DNA of 64,000 bases, taken from the IMG/VR virus record IMGVR_UViG_3300025572_000008, positions 16,606-80,605 of that record; one strand, written 5' to 3'. Below the pieces are notes generated by a model. That model saw nothing but the letters and a program-made list of their open reading frames with translations, had not been told where the DNA came from and did not search any database. A program made the position numbers and the translations under genes. Below are positions 53,248 through 62,172 of the stretch, in pieces. Position 1 is the stretch's first letter. Each line of letters opens with the position of its first letter. The stretch is from a virus.

Positions 53248-54348
53248 TCAGAAAGGAGCCTCAAGAGTCTCTCCCTCAGAAGGTAGAGATTCCATCGAGG
53301 TCGCCTCTATGACTTCTGCCTCACGACTCCGACTCTTTGCCGGTTCAGTGGTCTTTTTAGAAACATCTTCAATAGCCTCTTCGGCAACCACTGTGGCGTT
53401 CATCTTTGCCAACGCTTTTTCCGTCTCAGTCTTGAATCTCTCTAGATACTTACCGACGTTCAGCAGTGACATGTTATATAGAGAAAGCTTTCCATACCTG
53501 GAAACCGCCTGAGTTTTATTAATTCGAAGAAGTTCATTGGCCGTGAGGTAGGTCGTAGACCGGGCCCCATCCAGACTGAGGGAGACCTGATAGTAGGTCA
53601 TCGGCTTGCAGTAATAGTAATTTTGCACGATACCCATGATCTCCGCCGCCATGATGGCATTGATCGCCAGAGTCTGGTCTAGATCCGCGCAACTTCCTTG
53701 ACCAGGCATGTCGGTGAGATTTTCGTAATAATCAATATCTATCGGAATGGCAGGAAGATCAAGGACTATAGGAGACATCTTCGGTATATCCTTGCTGTCC
53801 ATCAAGCCTTTTCCAGGAATGCAGGCAGAGTGATTGAAGAAGCGGACTTGCCCGAAGTTATCTTCGTTTCCAGCATCGATAAAGAAGGCTCCTTGGCCAA
53901 GATCTTTAGACGAGCTGTTGTAGTCGACCATGTTGATGATCGCCCGTCTAGCATCAGCCGTATCTACACACATAATAACGAGGGAATTGTAGAACGACGG
54001 ATCTCCTGTTACGTCCTTGAACAGCTCCCCAGAATTTAGGCCAACGACACGCTTCAGAACAGGGACTACATTGACCCCATAAGCACGCCCATATCGTTGA
54101 GCCAGAACCGAAGCCTTGTGCTTGCCGACGTCAGCCATGACGAAATTCTGACGTTGCAGGTTCTTCTGTTCGACTACGTCATCGTCGATGAGAAAGATCG
54201 TCGGATCATCCAGCCAGCCTCGAGGGTTCTTGTCTTTGCTGATCGAAGCGATGAACTGAGTCAGAAGCGGGACAAGACGAGATCCCGTACCTCCGCAGCC
54301 GATAACGAAGATCTTCGAAGGAATGGTGCGAGGTGTAAAGCGGAACAT
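53248..54348 (-). CDS. ThiF/E1-like adenylating enzyme (PRTRC-type)
   Basis: IFVIGCGGTGS, IDDDVVEQKNLQRQNF, GKHKA.VLA, IMCVDT..ARR, FIDAGN, GSCAD. Confidence 0.92.
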   Translation of the reverse strand: MFRFTPRTIPSKIFVIGCGGTGSRLVPLLTQFIASISKDKNPRGWLDDPTIFLIDDDVVEQKNLQRQNFVMADVGKHKASVLAQRYGRAYGVNVVPVLKRVVGLNSGELFKDVTGDPSFYNSLVIMCVDTADARRAIINMVDYNSSSKDLGQGAFFIDAGNEDNFGQVRFFNHSACIPGKGLMDSKDIPKMSPIVLDLPAIPIDIDYYENLTDMPGQGSCADLDQTLAINAIMAAEIMGIVQNYYYCKPMTYYQVSLSLDGARSTTYLTANELLRINKTQAVSRYGKLSLYNMSLLNVGKYLERFKTETEKALAKMNATVVAEEAIEDVSKKTTEPAKSRSREAEVIEATSMESLPSEGETLEAPF

Positions 54349-54388
54349 GAAAACTCCTTAAGGAAAATGTACAGGCCTGTACATTGTT

Positions 54389-54396
54389 CTTATACC
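54389..54396 (-). promoter_or_regulatory. putative early promoter motif GGTATAAG
   Basis: GTCAA-N17-GGTATAAG before the E1 gene. Confidence 0.65.
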
Positions 54397-54423
54397 GAAA
54401 ACAAGGCCTTAGCTTGACTGGCT

Positions 54424-54454
54424 AAAAAAAGCCTCTGAGTCATTCAGAGGCTTT
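54424..54454 (-). terminator. intrinsic terminator
   Basis: AAAGCCTCTGA/TCAGAGGCTTT stem with an A-run. Confidence 0.75.
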
Positions 54455-54459
54455 AGTAG

Positions 54460-55740
54460 CTAGAAGCCTTTGGAAGCGAGGCTTTCTTGAGCCGACGGAG
54501 ACAGGTGCTGATAGAGCTGGCGGAAGATCCGGATCTGGGCAGAGTCCGAACTTAGATCGAACATGTCCGAGATCAGCCCCTGTAGGAGCTCATCTTGACC
54601 GGCGAGTTCCGACATGTAGTGGTCGATTACGCAGTACGCTTCGGCCACCCCCTTGCCTTGATTGCACACAAGCTCATCGTAGCGAGGGTGAAAGGAGAGG
54701 TCGAGATCAGCCTCGTCATCGTTGAAGTTAGGCGAGAAGGGGTCAGCGACCTCGTTGCTTCCGTCCTCCTCGCCCACGGCTTTTCCCAGGTTCTTACCCC
54801 CGGCAACGTAGCCGTTGGCCAACATACCGGCTTCGTCTCCCATGCCCCAAAAGTCAGAGTCGAAATCGAGATGACCTGTTGCCATCAAAGCCCTATTGCG
54901 AGCCTGTAGTTGAGGCCCTGCTCGGTTGCCATTGATGAGATCTTTCTCGAGATCCTCTTTCTTGCGGAACTGATATGGCTTCAGGTGATCGGCCCGGCCT
55001 TTCTTGTCCAACGTGGAGGACGGCCACTTTCCACCTCCTACATAAGTGATACGAGGAGTCGACACATCCACCTTATCGAGCCACTCGTCCGGGACTTCAA
55101 CCGGTGCCACATCGAAGATGTCTTCGAATTTGGCCTCGAACTTGCGATCCTGGTAATTGAAACGCCATACGGTTTCGGGAACCGTTTGGTTCATCTTACC
55201 AACCACGCCAGAGAACGAGATATTCGCCCGATCGTCATTGTTGTCGGTGCCTGAGAAGAAGGCGTTCATGTTGTTGTGAGAATGGATGTCGACGATGATC
55301 GACGTCCCGGCCGGAACAGAAGACCAGTCGTAACGAACCGACGCTGCTGAGATCTGCTGATCAGGGATGATAATGTGATAACCCCGCTCTTGGCTGTAGC
55401 AGATCCATGCCATCGCCTCTAGAGCTTTGTCGCCATTCTTCTTCATAACACCATAGAAGAAGGCGAGAATCTGATCGAACAACTCCTTGGGGATTTTGCC
55501 GGCCGGCAAGAAGTTGATAGCTTGAGGAAGCTTAGGAGCTTCAAAGCCAGGGATACTGTTGACCTTGACTCGGATGTAACGATTCTCGCCGCGCAGCTTG
55601 TGGTGCTTGATGATGCCGTCCGCGGTAATTACATAGATTTCAGTATAGCCATCGGCGATGGCCTGTTCGAGCTCGTTTGGCTCGTCATCGCTGAGCGGCA
55701 TGTTTACAACGCAGCTCATATGAGGCGCTAGTACACGCAT
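54460..55740 (-). CDS. JAB/MPN metalloisopeptidase (PRTRC protein A-like) with long acidic C-terminus
   Basis: EAMAW (catalytic Glu), DIHSHNNMNAFFSGTDNNDD (HxH...S..D). Confidence 0.88.
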   Translation of the reverse strand: MRVLAPHMSCVVNMPLSDDEPNELEQAIADGYTEIYVITADGIIKHHKLRGENRYIRVKVNSIPGFEAPKLPQAINFLPAGKIPKELFDQILAFFYGVMKKNGDKALEAMAWICYSQERGYHIIIPDQQISAASVRYDWSSVPAGTSIIVDIHSHNNMNAFFSGTDNNDDRANISFSGVVGKMNQTVPETVWRFNYQDRKFEAKFEDIFDVAPVEVPDEWLDKVDVSTPRITYVGGGKWPSSTLDKKGRADHLKPYQFRKKEDLEKDLINGNRAGPQLQARNRALMATGHLDFDSDFWGMGDEAGMLANGYVAGGKNLGKAVGEEDGSNEVADPFSPNFNDDEADLDLSFHPRYDELVCNQGKGVAEAYCVIDHYMSELAGQDELLQGLISDMFDLSSDSAQIRIFRQLYQHLSPSAQESLASKGF

Positions 55741-55768
55741 GTTAACTCCTTAATGAATAGATTGAATA

Positions 55769-56503
55769 TTATGCCGGGGAGTATCCCGTGAGCTTCTCGT
55801 AAGGAAAAGGCTTGTCCTCTTTAGCCAGCTCCGAGAGAAGTGCATACCACTCTTTTGGAGGCATGGATCTTCTTATCGCATAGACGCCAAGGTCGTCATT
55901 GAAAGGGGATTCGAACATATACTGGTAGTACCAATCCAGTCCACGCAGATTGTTCTCCGAGAACCGACTGATCATTTGATTTCCGCCATAACACATATTC
56001 CCATTGTCATATGTATTCGACATAGGTAGCAGGAAGATGTGATTACTATGATCAAGTCGATTGATGAAGTCCCGAGGCAATCGAGAGACACTGAAATCCG
56101 TGCAAAAGTACTTCGATGATCGCACTCGCCAGATCTTCTCCCCTGTCCTTTCGAGAACGTGGCTGATTATCACGTTCGGCATGACAATGGGCATCTTTTT
56201 GTCGTAGTACTGGATAACTGCCTTTCGGGCTTGATAGTAGCAACTTAGCTGAATCTCGTTTCCCGACTTGGCAAAATAGAACACATTGGACGGAAGATTA
56301 AATCCTTCCAATTTTTGGTCTTCGTGAATACCAATGACGGAATTGAGGATATTCCGAAAATCATTCAAAGATATGGCCTTTTCTACACCGCCATTTAGAA
56401 TAACTTTGACGTGATCAGTAAAGATTTGAACATCCTGAAGCAGGACTTCAACCTTAGGCTCCTCCGCCATTGGCGATGTTTCAATCGCTTCCATATCGCT
56501 CAT
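55769..56503 (-). CDS. prokaryotic E2 family D-like protein (PRTRC protein B-like)
   Basis: LLPMSNTYDNGNMCYG with a conserved Cys; located between Ubl and JAB/E1 genes. Confidence 0.7.
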   Translation of the reverse strand: MSDMEAIETSPMAEEPKVEVLLQDVQIFTDHVKVILNGGVEKAISLNDFRNILNSVIGIHEDQKLEGFNLPSNVFYFAKSGNEIQLSCYYQARKAVIQYYDKKMPIVMPNVIISHVLERTGEKIWRVRSSKYFCTDFSVSRLPRDFINRLDHSNHIFLLPMSNTYDNGNMCYGGNQMISRFSENNLRGLDWYYQYMFESPFNDDLGVYAIRRSMPPKEWYALLSELAKEDKPFPYEKLTGYSPA

Positions 56504-56757
56504 ACAAAATCCTCTTCGAAATTGAGCGCATCACCTTGAAAGTGCTTGGCTTTAAAGAACTCCGATTCCATGAGATGCAAGTTTATCGCTCGCAAATCCT
56601 CGCTGTTATAGGTCCTGCGCCGGTACTTTCCAAGCACCTCCAAATCTTCGAGAGTTTGAATCCTAGGAATGCGAGAGACTACAGCTTCTCCATCAACTAG
56701 GTCGGAATTGAGGTCAGGAGCCTTCAGGAGCTCCGATGCTAAAAGCTGAAGAAACAT
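56500..56757 (-). CDS. hypothetical protein in the Ub-like cassette
   Basis: 85 aa, overlaps both neighbours. Confidence 0.6.
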   Translation of the reverse strand: MFLQLLASELLKAPDLNSDLVDGEAVVSRIPRIQTLEDLEVLGKYRRRTYNSEDLRAINLHLMESEFFKAKHFQGDALNFEEDFV

Positions 56758-57634
56758 AGCTGGTCTTACGGGTTAAAGTTCGAAGAGTGGATATGATCTG
56801 AGGGAGGTAGTAGAATACCTTCTCTGGAACCCAGTAACGACTATATCCTTCTAGAAAATCCTTCGAACTCAGGAGGGGTTCATCTGCGATATTTTTCGAA
56901 TGCCACTCAGATTGTGAGAACACCGTACTGGCCGGCTCGTGCTCGAGCCGGTTTGCGATGAACTCATCCAGCGACAGTAGACGGGGGTGATTAGCCCGAA
57001 CCAGGTCGTTGTACGGAAGATGACTCCAGTACACGATTTGAGCCATGATTTTGACCTCGTACTGTACCTCCGGAGACTCTGTTTTTAATGCGTCATAGTT
57101 TGAACTGAGAATCTCATAATATCTGGCCCTGGATTCTACAGAGAGATGAGAATGTCCAGAGGAATGGATCGAAATCGGTACGGCGTGCTTCAAACATATG
57201 TACCTGAGATATTGAACGTAACGTTCAACGGTTTTACCAAAGCGACTATCTTCGCAAAGCAGTCTTTTAGAAGTAATATCCAGCCTGGAAAACCCATAGT
57301 AGCTTCCGGAGTATCGGACTGGCCGGGATAACAGAGTGATTGAGAAAGTTGATCGGCCCAGTATTTCGAAAAACGGCTTCTGAGTGTATTCCACATAGGG
57401 AAGCTGTTTTTCGATGGCCCGGGAAAGCAGAGTCTTGAAGCGTACCAGAGAGCGTCGTGTCGGTGTGCCGCCAGAGGTGAAGTCGAAGTCGTATGAAAAC
57501 TGCTTAGTGGCAAGCTTCAGTTCGATAACTCTGTCTCGGCAATACTGTTGAATGCGTCGACTACATTCGCTCCGTATCCTGATGGCTCGGGCCCGTGGCC
57601 CTGTCGTTACATGAGGTATAAGTGCTGTTCGCAT
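56714..57634 (-). CDS. hypothetical protein in the Ub-like cassette
   Basis: 306 aa with AAGGA SD. Confidence 0.7.
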   Translation of the reverse strand: MRTALIPHVTTGPRARAIRIRSECSRRIQQYCRDRVIELKLATKQFSYDFDFTSGGTPTRRSLVRFKTLLSRAIEKQLPYVEYTQKPFFEILGRSTFSITLLSRPVRYSGSYYGFSRLDITSKRLLCEDSRFGKTVERYVQYLRYICLKHAVPISIHSSGHSHLSVESRARYYEILSSNYDALKTESPEVQYEVKIMAQIVYWSHLPYNDLVRANHPRLLSLDEFIANRLEHEPASTVFSQSEWHSKNIADEPLLSSKDFLEGYSRYWVPEKVFYYLPQIISTLRTLTRKTSYVSSAFSIGAPEGS

Positions 57635-57703
57635 TATGATTCCTTGAATACGAGGTTCGGCTTTTTGTAATCCGCTCCTACCTGTGACTAAAAAAAGCCG
57701 AAC

Positions 57704-57734
57704 AAAATAGGACGCCCCGAAGGGCGCCCTATTT
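57704..57734 (-). terminator. intrinsic terminator after the Ubl gene
   Basis: AAATAGG.CGCCC/GGGCG.CCTATTT stem. Confidence 0.65.
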
Positions 57735-57762
57735 CACGATTCAAGCCCGTAGCTCGGAGCTA

Positions 57763-57969
57763 TCAGCCCTTGTTGCCAGTGCGCGGCTTGAAAACGATCA
57801 GACGGGTCGCACCGCCATCCTCGTAGGTTTCTTCAGCCACCATGTTGGTGATACCGGGAACCTGGGATGCATAGTTATCCTTGATCTGCTGGGCAGTCCA
57901 GTTCCCAGGGATGCTGTATTCGGTGTCGGTCGAGGTGACGATGAACTTGGTCGTAGTAACGTTGGACAT
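57763..57969 (-). CDS. ubiquitin-like beta-grasp protein (PRTRC protein C-like)
   Basis: 68 aa; W.AQQIKDNYASQVPGITNM...IVFKPRTGNKG ends in the GxKG motif. Confidence 0.8.
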   Translation of the reverse strand: MSNVTTTKFIVTSTDTEYSIPGNWTAQQIKDNYASQVPGITNMVAEETYEDGGATRLIVFKPRTGNKG

Positions 57970-58047
57970 ATTAAAACAATACCTCTAGTAAAAAGGCTAA
58001 AGAGAGAGGACTGAATAGCCGGCTATAACTATCCTTTGTCCGCAACT

Positions 58048-58055
58048 CTTATACC
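58048..58055 (-). promoter_or_regulatory. putative early promoter motif GGTATAAG
   Basis: TTCAA-N16-GGTATAAG before the Ubl gene. Confidence 0.7.
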
Positions 58056-58099
58056 AAGGATTTGCAATTTGTTGAAGTGACAAAATATAGCCGTCGTCT

Positions 58100-58123
58100 A
58101 AAAAAGGCCTTGTAACAAGGCCT
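58100..58123 (-). terminator. intrinsic terminator
   Basis: AGGCCTTG/CAAGGCCT stem with an A-run. Confidence 0.7.
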
Positions 58124-58138
58124 AGTTTGATTGCACGC

Positions 58139-58522
58139 TTATAACCAGCCACAGGCGCGATATTCCTGCGTCTCGGATAGCAGTCGAACGGCCAGGTCGG
58201 CCCTTGCTCGCAACAGTTCCTTGTATAGGAAGGTTCTGTCGGCCTTGTCTTCCGAGCATTGGTAGATGAGGCAGCAAAGGGATTTGTAGAGCTGCATGAC
58301 CGACGTTGTTGGATCGACGGGTTCGTGCACGTACTTCGGAACCCGTCGTCTACTGCGATAGCGGGCGTTCACCGCTTTGGTGTTGAGCCGGTACAGCTCT
58401 TGACCGAGTTCGGCAAGGTCTTCGTCCTTTGTGAGATCCTTGCCATAAAACGGCCTTCGAAGAGATTGGAGAGCGTAAAGAGCTCTTTGAATAGTGCCGT
58501 TCTCGACTATGTAAGCAGACAT
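58139..58522 (-). CDS. hypothetical protein
   Basis: 127 aa with AAGGA SD. Confidence 0.75.
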   Translation of the reverse strand: MSAYIVENGTIQRALYALQSLRRPFYGKDLTKDEDLAELGQELYRLNTKAVNARYRSRRRVPKYVHEPVDPTTSVMQLYKSLCCLIYQCSEDKADRTFLYKELLRARADLAVRLLSETQEYRACGWL

Positions 58523-58548
58523 TGGTTAATCCTTCGTTACTGGGTTGC

Positions 58549-59277
58549 TCATTCGCCAACGATTCCTTTTAGCAGCCACGAGAAGAGGCTAGGCTGAACG
58601 TCATGGTTGCTAGACCTCCGCCCAGGTGGTTTCGGTTCACTGACCTCGATAGGGATTTCTGAGGTTCGAGAGGGCTTTCTGTGGCGGACCACATTCCTTC
58701 TTTCCATGCTCTTCTGGTGTCTCTCCCTCCTGACTTGTGCATTGATGACCTTACGACGGATCTCGGAGGCCAGTTCCTTGTAATGTTGATAGAGAAGGCC
58801 TTTGGGTTCGAGAACCTCCCTGTCAGGAATCGGTTCTTGATTGAGCATTTTCCAGTACTCCTCGACCGGCTTCCTATAGTAGCGGGCCGCCGCATGTGTG
58901 GAGGCCCACAGGTAGAGCTGGGTCGAGAGGTAGTGAAGGGGTGCCTCCATGGCCGCGGGGTACATGACCACGGCAATTTCGGTGGGCCCGACCGGCATAC
59001 GGAGCTTACCAAGAGCAATCTCGGTACGCTCTGCCCGCACCTGGTCGAACATCCATTTCGGGATGGTCTTTCCCCAGTTGCTCGGACCCTTGTGATAGAG
59101 GATCGGCCCTCTTAGAAACCTGGCATCGTCCAGGTTCATTTGATGACCACCCATCTCGAGCAGCGCGGAGACGACGGGAGCCGGAACCCCCATCTCCGAT
59201 ATGAGAGAGAGCAGCTTAGCGTTGCTATCGTCTATGGTGCTTTGCTGCTCTCTTGCGGACCCGGTAGACATTGTCAA
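58549..59277 (-). CDS. hypothetical protein
   Basis: 242 aa ORF overlapping the upstream gene. Confidence 0.65.
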   Translation of the reverse strand: MTMSTGSAREQQSTIDDSNAKLLSLISEMGVPAPVVSALLEMGGHQMNLDDARFLRGPILYHKGPSNWGKTIPKWMFDQVRAERTEIALGKLRMPVGPTEIAVVMYPAAMEAPLHYLSTQLYLWASTHAAARYYRKPVEEYWKMLNQEPIPDREVLEPKGLLYQHYKELASEIRRKVINAQVRRERHQKSMERRNVVRHRKPSRTSEIPIEVSEPKPPGRRSSNHDVQPSLFSWLLKGIVGE

Positions 59278-59951
59278 CCCGTCCGTTGACCGACGTCGTA
59301 CTTGGCGAGAAACTCTCGGGCTGCTTGGGCCGTGCCGTCCTTCTCATACCTGGCCATGGCCTGGAGATAGATCTCCTCGCCGTCCTTGTTTTTGTTGACC
59401 CAGGACGGCCTGTAGAGCCCCGCCAGAAACTGGGCGTGCTCACGTATGTGCTGCTGGAGCATTTCCGACCGAGACCGATCCTCTCGAACCGCATCGTAAC
59501 GGCCATGGAAGACATGGCCGTCCTCGAACGCCACGACGATGTCGACCTTGTCGTACCCTTCTCCCTCCAACGGAGCCGTCTCGGCGATCCTACGGATCAC
59601 CCGATCGGCCTCATCGTAGGTTCTGACGATAATCGGTTCGTCGACATTGACCGACGCTCCTCGTAACGGCCCGGTTGCACGGATCAGCGTGATCTCTTTA
59701 GGTTTGATGAGAGGAGGGAGCTCGGGGACGTATCGACCGTCGAGCCGAGGCCAGATGTCCGAGATCCGTTCGCCGAAATCCGCCCAGGCTTCTGGCAGGG
59801 ATAGGTCGTAATGACCGGAAAAGAAGTTTCCGGTATCATCATTGCGGATCTGAGTGCAGTAGGTACCGTTTTCATGTCGACGAAGAATGACCGTGACCCT
59901 GGCGGCGGAGTCTTCGATTTTGGGAATCGATTGCTGAGCAATGATCTGCAT
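59274..59951 (-). CDS. hypothetical protein, possible LPD25-like (polyvalent-protein) domain
   Basis: GYDKVDIVVAFEDGHVFHGRYD resembles LPD25 from memory; not verified. Confidence 0.5.
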   Translation of the reverse strand: MQIIAQQSIPKIEDSAARVTVILRRHENGTYCTQIRNDDTGNFFSGHYDLSLPEAWADFGERISDIWPRLDGRYVPELPPLIKPKEITLIRATGPLRGASVNVDEPIIVRTYDEADRVIRRIAETAPLEGEGYDKVDIVVAFEDGHVFHGRYDAVREDRSRSEMLQQHIREHAQFLAGLYRPSWVNKNKDGEEIYLQAMARYEKDGTAQAAREFLAKYDVGQRTG

Positions 59952-60009
59952 GGATCATCGTTCCTTTCTTTCTGAAGATGCAGGAAAAGGCCTCTCGAGG
60001 CACAGAGGT

Positions 60010-60474
60010 TTAAGAAACCGAAGCTACGTTAAGGCCACCGTTGATAGCGATTTCGATGATGTCGGAGATCTCAGTGAAAGATGCTATCTTTCCATCGTTA
60101 AGATCTACGAGCCTCCACGTTCTGAAGTCTTCTAGTCCAGGAGGTGAGAGGGTTATCCGGAAACCGTCCGGACCAAGAATACCGAAAAAGTCTTGCACTC
60201 CCTTAGTTAGGACGACATTAGATTCTCCGGTTTCATCAGCGTACACGGAGACCTTTTTGAACTCCCTCCATTTTCCGAACCCATTCTTACGAGCTACGTC
60301 ACAGGCTACTCCAAGGCAACAAAAACCTTCAGGAACCTTCAGAGCGCCAGTTTGTTGACGATACTCTCCTGAACGCAAAGCATCAATCCACTGCCGGCAA
60401 CGCTCTTTTTGCTCAGAAGGGATGTTCGAGAAGTCAGGAATTGTGTTGACGGTGTAACCGTTAGACAGCTTCAC
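60010..60474 (-). CDS. hypothetical phage protein
   Basis: WIDALRSGEY.Q..G.L...FCCLGVACD; GTG start with GGAG SD. Confidence 0.7.
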   Translation of the reverse strand: MKLSNGYTVNTIPDFSNIPSEQKERCRQWIDALRSGEYRQQTGALKVPEGFCCLGVACDVARKNGFGKWREFKKVSVYADETGESNVVLTKGVQDFFGILGPDGFRITLSPPGLEDFRTWRLVDLNDGKIASFTEISDIIEIAINGGLNVASVS

Positions 60475-60492
60475 GTTACTGGTCTCCAAAAG

Positions 60493-60514
60493 AAAAGGGC
60501 CCTGAAAAGGGCCC
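60493..60514 (-). terminator. putative terminator
   Basis: GGGCCC/GGGCCC stem with an A-run. Confidence 0.5.
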
Positions 60515-60524
60515 AAGTGACTAC

Positions 60525-60998
60525 TTAGCAGACTTTGGTTGCTAGAAACCAGAAGTCATCATACCTGTGTATCCGTATCCAGGGTTGACGGAGTCCGGTG
60601 AAGTCGAACACTCGGCTGTTGCCACTTTGATAGAACTCTTCCGTGCGAACAGTCAGATATCGACCGTTCACACAGTCAAGAGCGTAGATGTGATCGTATG
60701 CAGGGTCGAAGTCTACAACGTCGTCTGCGTAATCCTCGTTGGCCTTCGTGATTATCTCGGTACGATAGTACTGCCTGACATTCACGAAGGTCAGGCCATG
60801 CCTCTCGTAGATCGAGTTTGAGTCAAAGGCTGAGTACAGGTACCGACCCCTCCCTCGATCAAAGTACACGTAGTCAACCCACCCGCTCGGGTGGACGTGT
60901 ACGACGTTGACTTGCTGGGCATAAGCCGGGGAGAGCAGAGCCGCGTATACCAAAAGGACAGCAAGGCACGTTACGGCTTTCGCAAGCTTTGAGAACAT
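60525..60998 (-). CDS. exported protein with signal peptide
   Basis: MFSKLAKAVTCLAVLLVYAALLSPAYA|QQ signal peptide; beta-rich mature part. Confidence 0.75.
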   Translation of the reverse strand: MFSKLAKAVTCLAVLLVYAALLSPAYAQQVNVVHVHPSGWVDYVYFDRGRGRYLYSAFDSNSIYERHGLTFVNVRQYYRTEIITKANEDYADDVVDFDPAYDHIYALDCVNGRYLTVRTEEFYQSGNSRVFDFTGLRQPWIRIHRYDDFWFLATKVC

Positions 60999-61008
60999 CT
61001 CAGACTCC

Positions 61009-61149
61009 TTACTCGGCTGGGACGTACAGGATTTGGATGCGTTCCGGAGCAGGGAGAGGCTCCTGATTTGCTACGACGGATGCGACAAACCCGATCGCTG
61101 CAAACGCGCTCACAGCGACGAAGACGACTTTGTTCCAGTTCAGCTTCAT
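61009..61149 (-). CDS. small membrane protein
   Basis: Start MKLNWNK with AGGAG SD; single TM helix. Confidence 0.6.
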   Translation of the reverse strand: MKLNWNKVVFVAVSAFAAIGFVASVVANQEPLPAPERIQILYVPAE

Positions 61150-61239
61150 GATGCACTCCTTCAGAGAGTTATTAACAAACGGGTAAGTTGAAGACCGCCA
61201 GCATCTTCCTGACGCCGGCGGCCACAAGACGGTCGCAGA

Positions 61240-61992
61240 CTAGGCAGCGTCCGGTTGAGAGTTGGTTTCCGCCACTTTGGTTTCGACCTCCTCCAAGGCA
61301 GCCGACTTCTTCTTTCCACCTCTGACCAGCTTCATCCCCTTGTGAGAAGGCTTGCGGGTCCAGAAGTCCGGATAATAGTTGGACTCTTCCCATCCCGGCC
61401 GCATAGGCATCAGGACACCGAAGAAGTCATCTCGGCTCGTCAGAACGAGCGATGGGCCAGCCTCGTCTTCCGAGACAAGGCGGATGCACCGGGCCCCCAT
61501 CTTCGGCAGGACCCGAGAGAAGTCGGCGAGATACTTCGGGTTGTAGCTGGCCGGTTTGAAGTCCCGCTTCGTGATGGAAGGAACAACCTTGGTGTAATCG
61601 GGGTAGGTTCCATCTATGAGGACGTCGTGGAATGTTGCCACAAGCCTCGGGTTGTCCAGAGGATCATCCCCCTCGATGATCGTCGCGGAGTTAGCCTTGA
61701 TGTCGCCCTCAACAACCAGCCACTTCTTAAGCGGCGTCCTGGACTTCTTGTCCTTCAGAATGTCGAGCGCAGGCTTGCTTAGCTTGACGATCATCCCGGC
61801 GTTCGTCGGGCCTTCCCACAAACCTTCGCGGTCGTGGAAGACACCCAATCGGTGACCGTCGGTGGCGACGATCCGAAGACCTTCGTTTGGATCACTGTGG
61901 ACATAGAATCCGTTGATGTAATAACGGACCTCCTCGGTGCTGATGAATGGCTGGATGAGCACAGGATAGATTGCCGATATTACGGCTCGCAT
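61240..61992 (-). CDS. DNA polymerase III beta-clamp-like protein lacking domain I
   Basis: EEVRYYINGF, VATDGHRL, GTYPDY.KVVP, YNPKYL.D, GVLMPMR; only 250 aa. Confidence 0.85.
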   Translation of the reverse strand: MRAVISAIYPVLIQPFISTEEVRYYINGFYVHSDPNEGLRIVATDGHRLGVFHDREGLWEGPTNAGMIVKLSKPALDILKDKKSRTPLKKWLVVEGDIKANSATIIEGDDPLDNPRLVATFHDVLIDGTYPDYTKVVPSITKRDFKPASYNPKYLADFSRVLPKMGARCIRLVSEDEAGPSLVLTSRDDFFGVLMPMRPGWEESNYYPDFWTRKPSHKGMKLVRGGKKKSAALEEVETKVAETNSQPDAA

Positions 61993-62065
61993 TGCCAGCT
62001 TACTCCTCGCAGTTAAGGGAGTTGCCGATAGGTTCGGCGAAGAAGACGTGAATGTCTTCGTAGTT

Positions 62066-62073
62066 CTTATACC
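62066..62073 (-). promoter_or_regulatory. putative early promoter motif GGTATAAG
   Basis: TTCAA-N18-GGTATAAG before the clamp block. Confidence 0.7.
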
Positions 62074-62172
62074 AACAGGAGGGCTTCTGAATTGAATTGA
62101 AGGAGCTTAAAACAGTGTGAAATTGGGGATTTGAGGCAAAAGGCTATAATACGGGTATCAAATCGTAAATAC

